Of a stretch of DNA of 37,545 bases, positions 27,019 to 35,957 are shown piece after piece. The notes below the pieces were generated by a model that was not told the DNA's origin, did no database searches, and saw only the letters and a program-made list of their open reading frames with translations. This DNA is from Acutalibacteraceae bacterium. Its GTDB lineage: Bacteria; Bacillota_I; Bacilli_A; Erysipelotrichales; Erysipelotrichaceae. Within the stretch, counting starts at the first letter, position 1, and each line of letters begins with the position of its first letter. Position numbers and translations under genes: made by a program. Where the stretch lies: assembly GCA_963628775.1 (NCBI GenBank), contig CAVGFC010000044.1, positions 1 to 37,545 of the forward strand. The letters are read 5' to 3'.

Positions 27019-28299
27019 ATGAAAACAGAATTATTAAACACAGTAATTTATCAAGTTTTTGTAAGAAATGAAACTGAAGAAGGTACTTTTAAAGCCTTAG
27101 AAAACAAGCTTGAATCTATCAAAGAAAAAGGATGTGATATTTTATATCTTATGCCTATTTCACCAATTGGTGAAAAGGGTAGAAAGGGTACACTAGGATC
27201 TCCTTATGCCATTAAGGATTATGAAGCTATTAATGAAGAATATGGTAGCTTATTAGACTTTAAATCATTGATTGATAAAACACATAAGTTAGGTATGAAA
27301 ATAATGATGGATGTTGTGTTTAATCATACCAGTAGAGATAGTGTATTAATTGATAGACATGAAGAATTCTATTATCATGACAAAGATGGCAAATTAGGCA
27401 ATAGAATAGGTGAATGGTCTGATGTTTATGACTTGGATTTAAATAATATAGCTACTCAAGATTATCTAATTTCTATACTTAAATTATATGAATCATGGGG
27501 TGTTGATGGCTTTAGATTTGATGTAGCGTCTTTTTTACCAGCTTCCTTTTATCAAAGGGTTAAGGCTAATTTAAATCCTAATACTATAATGTTAGCTGAA
27601 GCTGTTGATGGTAACTTCTTATTGGATGCTAGAAAGACAGGTAGAGAAGTCTTAAGTAATGATGAATTATTTGAAAATGGTTTTGATATGTGTTATCACT
27701 ACGCTAATTGGCATTTCTTTTCTGAGTTTTTAAATAATAGAACACTAGAAAATTTATCAATCTATAAAGCCACACTAGAAATGGAACAAGCTTCTATTAG
27801 ACAAGATGGTTTAATTATTAGGGCTATTGAAAATCATGATAGAACAAGGATTTGTGGCTATAAGGGAAGTGATAGTTTTCATAGATCTTTATTAGCTTAT
27901 TCTTTCTTTGCTAAAGGTGCAGCCTTTGTATATTCTGGGCAAGAATGTAAAGAAGAACATACTCCTTCTTTATTTGATAAAGATACTGTTAGATTTAAGC
28001 ATTTTGATAAAGACTATTATGATTTTTATCTTAAAAATGTTGAACTTAAAAAAAGAGCTATTAATACCAAATTAATTCAATCATTATTTTCTCAAGATAA
28101 AGAAATGGGTCTTATGGTTATCAATTATTACTATGATAACTATAAAGAACTAGGACTATTTCCACTAGATGAATGTGAAGTATTGTTTAGTAACATTGAT
28201 TTAAAAGATGGTATCTACCCAAATCTACTTGGTGGTTCAATTAAAGTAAGCAATAATACAATTCTTACAAAAGAACCTGTTATTATTTCTTTAAATTAG
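27019..28299 (+). CDS. Cytoplasmic GH13 alpha-amylase-family glycoside hydrolase
   Basis: GH13 conserved regions DVVFNHT (I), DGFRFDVASF (II, nucleophile Asp), MLAEAV (III, acid/base Glu) and IENHDR (IV). No signal peptide. SD AGGAG, with TATAAT at 26993-26998. Confidence 0.8.
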   Translation: MKTELLNTVIYQVFVRNETEEGTFKALENKLESIKEKGCDILYLMPISPIGEKGRKGTLGSPYAIKDYEAINEEYGSLLDFKSLIDKTHKLGMKIMMDVVFNHTSRDSVLIDRHEEFYYHDKDGKLGNRIGEWSDVYDLDLNNIATQDYLISILKLYESWGVDGFRFDVASFLPASFYQRVKANLNPNTIMLAEAVDGNFLLDARKTGREVLSNDELFENGFDMCYHYANWHFFSEFLNNRTLENLSIYKATLEMEQASIRQDGLIIRAIENHDRTRICGYKGSDSFHRSLLAYSFFAKGAAFVYSGQECKEEHTPSLFDKDTVRFKHFDKDYYDFYLKNVELKKRAINTKLIQSLFSQDKEMGLMVINYYYDNYKELGLFPLDECEVLFSNIDLKDGIYPNLLGGSIKVSNNTILTKEPVIISLN

Positions 28300-28303
28300 G
28301 TTT

Positions 28304-28329
28304 AAAAAAATCAGCAATTGCTGATTTTT
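28304..28329. terminator. Bidirectional intrinsic terminator between the convergent GH13 gene and gltX
   Basis: Perfect palindrome AAAAATCAGCAATTGCTGATTTTT. Confidence 0.75.
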
Positions 28330-28332
28330 AAT

Positions 28333-29784
28333 TTATCCTAGTTTATTAATTGCGTCTTTAACACGTTTGATAGTTTCTTCTTTTCCAAGAATTTGACCAA
28401 TCATTGTTGCGCCACCTGGCGTTTTATCTTTACCAGATAAGGCAACTTGAATAGGATACATGATGGTAATATTTTTTAAACCATTATCATTTGCTACTTT
28501 AGCTAATGCTTCAAAGATGTGATCATTGTCAAATTGTTCTGTGCTTTCCAAAGCTGGTAAAGCTAACTCAAGAGAATTCTTAGCAACTTCTTCGTTAGTC
28601 TTAGCTTTTTTGTTTACATATAAGGCGTTGTCATATTCTTTTACTTCATTGAAGAAATCAACCATTTCTTCTACTTCTGTAAGTAACATTACTCTATCTT
28701 TTAATGCTTTTGCGATAGCCTTATAGTCATATTTTGGATCAACATTTTTTTCAATCATTGGCTTAACTAATTCATAGTATTTTTCATCGTCCATGTTTCT
28801 TAGATATACGCCATTCATCCATTTTAATTTTTCAATGTCAAATATTGCGCCACTTGTGCCAATTCTTTTTACATCAAAGGCCTTACATAATTCTTCTAGT
28901 GAATAGATTTCTCTTTCTTCACTTGGCGCCCATCCAAGTAGGGCGATGTAGTTAAGAATTGCTTCTGGTAGATACCCCTTGGCAACTAAGTCTTGGAAAG
29001 AAGCGTCGCCATTTCTTTTAGAAAGCTTTTCATGTTCGTTTTTCATAACTGGTGGACAATGAATATATCTTGGTTTTTCCCAACCAAATGCTTCATATAG
29101 AAGATTATATTTAGGAGTACTTGATAGATATTCATTACCTCTAACAACATCGCTTATTTCCATCAAATGGTCATCAACAACATTTGCGAAGTTATAAGTA
29201 GGGTAACCATCTGACTTTAATAGAATCATTTCATCAAGATCGGCATTGTTTACAGTTATTGAACCATAAACTTCATCGTCAAAAGTTGTAGTTCCTTCTG
29301 GCTTTATAGTTTGTCTTATAACATATTCTTCGCCATTTTCAATTCTAGCTTTAATTTCTTCTTTAGATAATTGTTTACATGGATCTCTATATAAGAATGA
29401 TTCACCTTTAGCGTTTGCGATTTGTTTTTGGATTTCGATATCTTCTTCCTTACAAAAACAGATATGTGCGTTACCACTCTCTACTAGTTTCATAGCGTAC
29501 TGCTTATATAGTCCTTGTTTCATACGTTCAGATTGAATGTAAGGGCCAAAGTTACCACCAACATCTGGTCCTTCATCATGTTTTAGGCCACAAGTTTTAA
29601 GGGTTTGATAGATGATATCAGTTGCGCCTTCTACTTGTCTATTTTGGTCTGTATCTTCAATTCTTAAAATAAAATCTCCATCATCTTTTTTAGCTACTAA
29701 ATAAGCATATAAAGCTGTTCTTAAATTGCCAATATGCATATATCCAGTAGGTGATGGTGCAAATCTTGTTCTTACTTTACTCAT
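28333..29784 (-). CDS. gltX: Glutamate--tRNA ligase
   Basis: PSPTGYMHIGNLRTA (HIGH motif) and KLSKRNG (KMSKS motif). 483 aa. SD GAGGT lies 5 nt upstream. Confidence 0.95.
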   Translation of the reverse strand: MSKVRTRFAPSPTGYMHIGNLRTALYAYLVAKKDDGDFILRIEDTDQNRQVEGATDIIYQTLKTCGLKHDEGPDVGGNFGPYIQSERMKQGLYKQYAMKLVESGNAHICFCKEEDIEIQKQIANAKGESFLYRDPCKQLSKEEIKARIENGEEYVIRQTIKPEGTTTFDDEVYGSITVNNADLDEMILLKSDGYPTYNFANVVDDHLMEISDVVRGNEYLSSTPKYNLLYEAFGWEKPRYIHCPPVMKNEHEKLSKRNGDASFQDLVAKGYLPEAILNYIALLGWAPSEEREIYSLEELCKAFDVKRIGTSGAIFDIEKLKWMNGVYLRNMDDEKYYELVKPMIEKNVDPKYDYKAIAKALKDRVMLLTEVEEMVDFFNEVKEYDNALYVNKKAKTNEEVAKNSLELALPALESTEQFDNDHIFEALAKVANDNGLKNITIMYPIQVALSGKDKTPGGATMIGQILGKEETIKRVKDAINKLG

Positions 29785-29859
29785 TTGTTACCTCATTTCT
29801 AAATACCTTCTTATTATAGTATAATATTAGGGTTTATAGGAAAGAAGAGGAATTAAAAA

Positions 29860-30117
29860 ATGGAATATTCATATAAGCCAAGTGGGGTTTGTTCAAGAGA
29901 ATTTATATTTGATATTGAAGACGATATTATTAAATCAATGAAAGTAGTAGGGGGTTGTTCTGGCAATCTTCAAGGAATTTCTAATCTTCTTGTTGGTATG
30001 AACATTAATGATGTTGTTGAAAAGATCAAAGGTGTTACATGTGGCATAAAGTCAACATCATGTCCAGATCAAATTGCCATCGCTTTAAAGAAATATATTG
30101 AAAGCGAGAATAAATAA
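29860..30117 (+). CDS. TSCPD-domain small protein (TIGR03905-like, Cys-rich)
   Basis: 85 aa with C11, GGCSGN, TCG and the literal TSCPDQIAIAL motif. SD AGAGGA. Confidence 0.7.
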   Translation: MEYSYKPSGVCSREFIFDIEDDIIKSMKVVGGCSGNLQGISNLLVGMNINDVVEKIKGVTCGIKSTSCPDQIAIALKKYIESENK

Positions 30118-31946
30118 TGAAGAAACTTTTAAGTATCTTACTTGTATTTTTATTACTTGTAGGATGCTCAAGTTCTAATAATAAACAAAGTGACAATAAG
30201 GAAGTAACAAGTTTTGATATAAACGATACTTCTTTAAGTGGCACTTATTTTCTTGATTTATTAAAAAACTATAATGTCAAAGAAAAAAATAGCACAAAGG
30301 AAGATAATACAGAATTTGATGCTTTTTTAGATGAAGTATTTAAAGAAATAGTAACTGAAAGTTATTTGTTTTTGCATTTTAATGTTTCTGATTATAAGGC
30401 AATGGGTTTAACTAAGCCTGAAGTATCTTGGGGTGATATTAGTTATGGCTTAGACTTAGATGAAGTAGGTCTAATGATTGATCAATATAATAAATTGATG
30501 TCATTTGACTTTGATGACTTATCGCTTCGCCAACAATATGATTATGATACGCTTCGCTATTCATTACTTGAATCATTATGTGGAGCATACTTCTATCAAT
30601 ATTCACTAATTTTCTCTGATAGTGCAAGTGTATCTGATAGTATTGTGACTAATTTGATGGAATTTAAATTCTATGATGAAGAATCAGTTGATGACTATAT
30701 TACTTTATTAAAAGAAGTTCCTGAATATATCGATAAGTGTATTAGCTATTCAAAGAAACAATCAGAAAATGGCTTATATCATACCGATACGATGCTTGAT
30801 AGCGAAGTTGTCTATATTAAGTCTATTATTGATAATGATGGTCAAAGTTTAATTGATTCATTTAAGACAAATTCTATTTATCAAGATAAATATGATGAAG
30901 TTGCTAGTTTAATCAAATATGATGTAACTAGTGCCTTTAATACTTTATATGATTATATTCAAACTCTATATGGTAAGGCTCAAGATGATGATTTAAAGCT
31001 ATGTAATATTGATCAAGATTATGCTGAATATATGTTTATTGTCAATACCTCAAACAATTGTTCTATTGAAGAGATGTTTGAAGATTTATTTACATATTAT
31101 GCTGATACTGTAAATGCTTTTATTGATGCTTATCAAAATAATGAAGAATTATTTGATGATTATTATGAATATATTGGTAATATCGATACTGAACCATTAA
31201 ATCTAAATGGTGAAGAAATGCTAGAGTATTTAAGAAATAATACAAGTGTTAGATATAAGACAATAGATGTTGATTATGTGGTATCTGAGCTATCAACTTT
31301 GGGTTCTAGTACTGTAGGCTATTATGTTAGTCCACCACTTGATTCTTTAAATCAAAATGTAATTAGATTAAATCCTAAGTTCACTGATGTTGGAACTGGA
31401 ATTAGTAACTATGAAGTATTAGCCCATGAAGGCTTTCCAGGACATTTGTATCAACATTGTTACTACATGCTTACAAATCCTCATAATTTTAGAAGTACCC
31501 AATCTTTTATTGGCTACACAGAGGGGTATGCTGATTTAGCAGCTATAGATGCCTTAGAGTTATTAGATTATCCAAGCAGTGATATGATAAATTGTGCAAT
31601 GATTGAATCAACAATTTTTAATTCGCATATTATTTATTCAATTTTTGATATCGCAGTAAATTATCTTGGCTATGATTTAGATGAGGTAAAGGATTTAATG
31701 GATAAAATGTCTCTGTCTAGTGATTATGCCCAAGATATTTATGAAACCGTTATTTCAATGCCTACTGTCTTTTCTAGATATGGCGTAGGTTTTATAAGCC
31801 ATTATAATCTAAGGCAAAAGGCTATAAGTGAATTAGGTGATAAGTTTGACTATATTTCTTATTCAAATGTTATTTTAGAAAATGGACCGGTGCCTTTTAT
31901 AGTTTTGAAAGGAGCAGTTAATAATTATATTGATGAAAACAAATAA
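30117..31946 (+). CDS. DUF885-family lipoprotein (putative metallopeptidase-like)
   Basis: Lipoprotein signal MKKLLSILLVFLLLVGCSS (lipobox LVGC, Cys17). HEGFPGHLYQ and YTEGYADLA are characteristic of DUF885. TAATG overlap with the TSCPD gene. Confidence 0.75.
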   Translation: MKKLLSILLVFLLLVGCSSSNNKQSDNKEVTSFDINDTSLSGTYFLDLLKNYNVKEKNSTKEDNTEFDAFLDEVFKEIVTESYLFLHFNVSDYKAMGLTKPEVSWGDISYGLDLDEVGLMIDQYNKLMSFDFDDLSLRQQYDYDTLRYSLLESLCGAYFYQYSLIFSDSASVSDSIVTNLMEFKFYDEESVDDYITLLKEVPEYIDKCISYSKKQSENGLYHTDTMLDSEVVYIKSIIDNDGQSLIDSFKTNSIYQDKYDEVASLIKYDVTSAFNTLYDYIQTLYGKAQDDDLKLCNIDQDYAEYMFIVNTSNNCSIEEMFEDLFTYYADTVNAFIDAYQNNEELFDDYYEYIGNIDTEPLNLNGEEMLEYLRNNTSVRYKTIDVDYVVSELSTLGSSTVGYYVSPPLDSLNQNVIRLNPKFTDVGTGISNYEVLAHEGFPGHLYQHCYYMLTNPHNFRSTQSFIGYTEGYADLAAIDALELLDYPSSDMINCAMIESTIFNSHIIYSIFDIAVNYLGYDLDEVKDLMDKMSLSSDYAQDIYETVISMPTVFSRYGVGFISHYNLRQKAISELGDKFDYISYSNVILENGPVPFIVLKGAVNNYIDENK

Positions 31947-32424
31947 GTTTATTTATATTATTTATTTATTTATTATTACAAGCTTAGTTGCGATAGACCA
32001 ATTTAGTAAAGAAATTATCCTTACTTATTTTAATGTTGGTGATAGTAAAACAATTATTGATGGTTTCTTTTCTTTGACCTATGTTCAAAACTATGGAGCG
32101 GGCTTTTCTATTATGCAAAATGCGCGCACAACTTTTTTGATTATCACACCAATTTGTTTAATTGCCTTTGCTTATTTATTACTTAAATCAAAAGATAATT
32201 TATCTAAGACTGCCTTACTTTTGATGATATCAGGAACTATTGGCAATTTTGTTGATCGCATAGTAAGAGTATATGTTGTTGATTTTTTAGATTTCATCTT
32301 CTTTGGTTGGGACTTTCCAATATTTAATTTCGCTGATTGCTTATTAACAATTGGTGTATTCTTTTATATAATCGCGCTTTTAAAGGAGGACAAAAATGGC
32401 AAAAATAAACTTGCTAGTAAATGA
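31933..32424 (+). CDS. lspA: Lipoprotein signal peptidase II
   Basis: Contains NYGAGFS, IGNFVDRI and FNFADC. Four TM segments. Confidence 0.9.
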   Translation: MKTNKFIYIIYLFIITSLVAIDQFSKEIILTYFNVGDSKTIIDGFFSLTYVQNYGAGFSIMQNARTTFLIITPICLIAFAYLLLKSKDNLSKTALLLMISGTIGNFVDRIVRVYVVDFLDFIFFGWDFPIFNFADCLLTIGVFFYIIALLKEDKNGKNKLASK

Positions 32425-33304
32425 ACAAGGAAATAGACTAGATGCTTATATTGCGGCTAATTCTCCTTTATCACGTTCTAATATTCAAAAGCTTATCAAA
32501 GAAAATAAGATTTTAGTAAATGGAGAATCTACTTCTAGCTCTTATAAGACAAAATTAAATGATTCTATTGATATTGAATATGAAGAATTTGTTTTAACGG
32601 ATTTAAAACCCGCTAATATTGATATTGATATTATTTATGAAGATGAAGATGTCATCGTCATCAATAAACAAAAAGGCCTTGTAGTTCATCCAGCACCTGG
32701 AAATTATGACAATACACTAGTTAATGCCTTGTTATATAAGTGTAAAGACTTATCTAATGTCAATGGATTACTTAGACCTGGCATAGTTCATAGAATTGAT
32801 AAGGATACTAGTGGTTTGTTGGTTGTTGCCAAAAATAATGATGCTCATAATTTTTTAAGTGAACAATTAAAAGATAAGTCTTGTTTTAGAAAATACTATG
32901 CTTTAGTAAAGGGTACTATTGAAAATAATGAAGGGGAGATTAATGCCCCAATAGGAAGAAATAGTAAAGATAGACAAAAGATGTGTGTTACTGATAAAAA
33001 TAGTAAGGAAGCTGTAACTGAATTTAAGGTTTTAAAAAGACTAAGTGATTCAACCTTACTTGATGTAAATCTTTTAACTGGTAGAACCCATCAAATAAGA
33101 GTGCATATGGCCTTTATTAAGCATCCTGTTTTAAATGATGTTAAATATGGTGGTCCATATATTGATGAAAGCGGTCAATTTTTACATGCTTATTATTTAA
33201 GTTTTATTCATCCAAAAACCAAACAAAGAGTTGAATTTAAAACTGATATGCCTGAATATATGAAAGAATATATTGAAAGTAAAGAGGTTATAAATGGAAA
33301 ATAA
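32396..33304 (+). CDS. rluD: RluA-family 23S rRNA pseudouridine synthase (RluD-like) with an S4 domain
   Basis: S4-like N-terminus, HRIDKDTSGLLVVAK catalytic motif and GRTHQIRVH. SD AAGGAGG. Overlaps the lspA end. Confidence 0.9.
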   Translation: MAKINLLVNEQGNRLDAYIAANSPLSRSNIQKLIKENKILVNGESTSSSYKTKLNDSIDIEYEEFVLTDLKPANIDIDIIYEDEDVIVINKQKGLVVHPAPGNYDNTLVNALLYKCKDLSNVNGLLRPGIVHRIDKDTSGLLVVAKNNDAHNFLSEQLKDKSCFRKYYALVKGTIENNEGEINAPIGRNSKDRQKMCVTDKNSKEAVTEFKVLKRLSDSTLLDVNLLTGRTHQIRVHMAFIKHPVLNDVKYGGPYIDESGQFLHAYYLSFIHPKTKQRVEFKTDMPEYMKEYIESKEVINGK

Positions 33305-34529
33305 TACTTATAAAATTTTTCAATTAATGGAATATTTTATTACCAATTTTGATTATGTTTCTTTCAGGGTTCAAGGACTCGATAAAGAAAATGAAATACT
33401 AATTGCTAGTAAGACTAATCCTAATTATCAAATAATAAGAATTACTACAGCTAGTGTTGAATCTAGTTTTTATGATAATGATCGTTTTAATACTTATAAA
33501 AATGTCATTAAAGGACAATTTTCGCTTAATGATATTAAACTATTAGATATTCATATTGGAAAAGATGAAATTGATGGTAATGATGAAAATACCACCATAT
33601 CAATTGATTCTAACTTTCATTCAGGTATTGATTTAAGTAAAGAATATAATGGCATTTATGATGTTGTTCATGATGTAAATGATGAAGAAAGCGAAATTAA
33701 AAAAAGAGTCTTAAATATCAATAAAACATTTCTAAAGATTAAAGATAGGGCTAAGAAAAGGCCTCTACTTCAAAAGATTAAAGACCTACATGCTCCTGTT
33801 ACTTTAAGCATATGTGCACTTTGTGTCTTGATGTATATAATTACCGCAATTCTTTCAAGAAAATATACAATTGAAACTGTAGTGATTTTCTTAGGTGCTC
33901 AATATAATACTTTTACTTTAGGACTACATCAAGTATATCGTTTATTAACAAATGCTTTCTTGCATGGATCTTTGATGCATTTGGTATTTAATTTACTTGC
34001 CTTTTATTATGTTGGTATAGTACTAGAAAGATCACTTAAGACAAAGAAATATTTAATTCTTTTATTTAGCGGCATTATATTTTCATCTGTATCTTCTGGC
34101 ATACTTGCTGAAAATGGTATAACAATAGGCTTATCAGGTGCGATATATTGTTTATTTGTTTATTTTGTTTTGTATTTTGCCTATAGCGGTTTCTTTAATA
34201 TCAGACAGTTTATGCCAACAATAATACTTAACTTAATGCTTAATTTTGTTCCTGGTGTATCTTGGCAAAGCCATCTTGGTGGAGCGGTATGTGGTGCTTT
34301 ATTCTTTTTTATCTATAAGGAAGAAAAGCCTGCTAAGAATATGATTATTTTAATTTGCATGGTATTACTTGTGATGAATATTAAGTATTTTGTAAATCCA
34401 CTAATTAAACCATTATATGGTGGAACCGATATGAAAGTGGTTGAAATGTATAAAGACTTAGGATTAGATGGTCTAGCTAATAGAACTAGTGAAAAATTAT
34501 ATGAAGTTTATACAAAGGAGGCAGCATGA
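33294..34529 (+). CDS. Rhomboid-family intramembrane serine protease with a roughly 170-aa cytoplasmic N-terminal domain (GluP/YqgP-like)
   Basis: Contains FLHGSLMHLVFNLL, the catalytic GLSGAIY and HLGGAVCG. About 6-7 TM segments. Confidence 0.8.
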   Translation: MENNTYKIFQLMEYFITNFDYVSFRVQGLDKENEILIASKTNPNYQIIRITTASVESSFYDNDRFNTYKNVIKGQFSLNDIKLLDIHIGKDEIDGNDENTTISIDSNFHSGIDLSKEYNGIYDVVHDVNDEESEIKKRVLNINKTFLKIKDRAKKRPLLQKIKDLHAPVTLSICALCVLMYIITAILSRKYTIETVVIFLGAQYNTFTLGLHQVYRLLTNAFLHGSLMHLVFNLLAFYYVGIVLERSLKTKKYLILLFSGIIFSSVSSGILAENGITIGLSGAIYCLFVYFVLYFAYSGFFNIRQFMPTIILNLMLNFVPGVSWQSHLGGAVCGALFFFIYKEEKPAKNMIILICMVLLVMNIKYFVNPLIKPLYGGTDMKVVEMYKDLGLDGLANRTSEKLYEVYTKEAA

Positions 34530-34993
34530 TAATTTCTTGGGATGAATATTTTATGGGCTTAGCCCATCTTAGTGCTTTAAGAAGCAAGGATCCAAATACA
34601 CAAGTTGGTGCTTGCATTGTCGATGAAGATAAAAAAGTTGTATCTATTGGCTACAATGGTATGCCAAGGGGCTGTAAAGATGAAAATATGCCTTGGAGTA
34701 GAACTGGTGATTTTAAAAATACTAAGTATGCCTATGTTGTACATGCTGAGCTAAATGCGATTTTAAATTCACCTAGATCTTTAAAGGATACCATTCTTTA
34801 TGTTTCTTTATTTCCATGTAATGAATGTGCTAAAGCCATTATTCAATCAGGCATAAAGAAAATATATTATGAATCTGATAAATATGATGGTGCTGATAAT
34901 AATGTTGTTTCTAAAAAGATGTTAGATATGGCAGGTGTAAGTTATGAACAACTACCATTTAATGTTGATTTAAAAATTGAAACTAAATATTAA
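34526..34993 (+). CDS. comEB: dCMP deaminase (ComEB family)
   Basis: Zinc motifs HAELNA and PCNECAK. 155 aa. ATGA overlap with the rhomboid stop. Confidence 0.9.
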   Translation: MIISWDEYFMGLAHLSALRSKDPNTQVGACIVDEDKKVVSIGYNGMPRGCKDENMPWSRTGDFKNTKYAYVVHAELNAILNSPRSLKDTILYVSLFPCNECAKAIIQSGIKKIYYESDKYDGADNNVVSKKMLDMAGVSYEQLPFNVDLKIETKY

Positions 34994-35555
34994 AGTTCTT
35001 ATCTTTTTTCCATTTCTTATAAAGGCTCTTGTAGTAAACAAGGGCTTTTTCTTCGCCGTTGTCTTTTAAATATTCTAGTAATAATAAATGTCTTCTAGCG
35101 TTTTCTTCGCCCATGAATATTTTATCTTTACCATTATTTATATAGTTATAAGCAGAGGCATCTGTATATAAATCTTTTTGATAAATCTTGGAAGCAGCAA
35201 TTTTATCACATGCTGCTTCAAGTAAATAGTTTAGGGGCATTTCAAGTGTCTTATACTTAATTGGATCATAGCTTTTCTCTATCCAATATTCAAAGTGATG
35301 TTTATTTCTACCTTTATGATGTAGCCATCCTAAAGAATAACCAATATCTTCTTTTTCAGCGTCAATTGGTGATCTATATCCTTGATAATATCTAACACCA
35401 CTAAAAAATTCTATAAATGAATATTTACTTAAATCATGTAGTAAGCCTTGTTTGATAAGTCCAGATTTAAAACATAGCTTTCTTACTTCTTTTCTGTGTC
35501 TGTTGACTGTTTTTAGATGTCCTAAAAATCTATAGATAAACGATTTCTTTTCCAC
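34983..35555 (-). CDS. DUF5662-like hypothetical protein
   Basis: HDLSKYS...YYQGYRSPI...GWLHHKGRNKHHFEYW resembles the DUF5662 family as I recall it. GTG start. Convergent 11-nt overlap with comEB. Confidence 0.5.
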   Translation of the reverse strand: MEKKSFIYRFLGHLKTVNRHRKEVRKLCFKSGLIKQGLLHDLSKYSFIEFFSGVRYYQGYRSPIDAEKEDIGYSLGWLHHKGRNKHHFEYWIEKSYDPIKYKTLEMPLNYLLEAACDKIAASKIYQKDLYTDASAYNYINNGKDKIFMGEENARRHLLLLEYLKDNGEEKALVYYKSLYKKWKKDKNFNI

Positions 35556-35561
35556 TTAATT

Positions 35562-35567
35562 ATTATA
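35562..35567 (-). promoter_or_regulatory. -10 box (TATAAT on the minus strand) 6 nt upstream of the GTG start of the DUF5662-like gene
   Basis: The minus strand reads TATAAT-aattaa-GTG, with no SD. Confidence 0.3.
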
Positions 35568-35578
35568 AAACATTGTTG

Positions 35579-35584
35579 TATAAT
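35579..35584 (+). promoter_or_regulatory. -10 box (TATAAT) 7 nt upstream of the nusB ATG; candidate leaderless promoter
   Basis: Sequence is tgTATAAT-agtcgtt-ATG, with no SD. Confidence 0.4.
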
Positions 35585-35591
35585 AGTCGTT

Positions 35592-35957
35592 ATGAATAGA
35601 CATGAAACAAGAATTAAGGTAGTAATTACAGTATATCAACATCTTCTACTTCATAAGGATTTGATTAGTTCTTTTATTGATAATTTTGAGGATATTGATG
35701 AATATATTGGTTCAATTGAAAACGATTTAATTGAACATGAACAAGAATATATTGAGGCTATTTCTAAGCATCTAAAAAAGTGGAGCTTTGATAGATTGTC
35801 TTATATTGATCAAGCTATATTGTTAGTAGGATGTAGCGAATATAATCTAAATAAGGACAATAAGAAGATTGTGATTGATGAGGCAATTAGAATCGCTAAG
35901 GAATATAGCGATGATGATTCTTATAAATATATTAATGGAGTCTTGGATAATCTATGA
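35592..35957 (+). CDS. nusB: Transcription antitermination factor NusB
   Basis: MNRHETRIKVVITVYQ, a DRLSYIDQAILLVGCSE-type motif, DEAIRIAKEYSDDDSYKYINGVLD. Located upstream of xseA-xseB-ispA, as in Bacillus. Confidence 0.8.
   Translation: MNRHETRIKVVITVYQHLLLHKDLISSFIDNFEDIDEYIGSIENDLIEHEQEYIEAISKHLKKWSFDRLSYIDQAILLVGCSEYNLNKDNKKIVIDEAIRIAKEYSDDDSYKYINGVLDNL

Noticed and set aside
29785-29859. A T-box or other riboswitch leader upstream of gltX
   Set aside because: The whole gltX upstream region is only 75 nt and is shared with the divergent TSCPD promoter. A T-box needs roughly 200 nt or more with a specifier loop and terminator, and none is present.
28526-30627. ORFs 28526..28726 (+), 30035..30244 (-) and 30439..30627 (-)
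   Set aside because: These are antisense shadows of gltX and of the TSCPD and DUF885 genes. They are short and low-complexity, with no translation signals.
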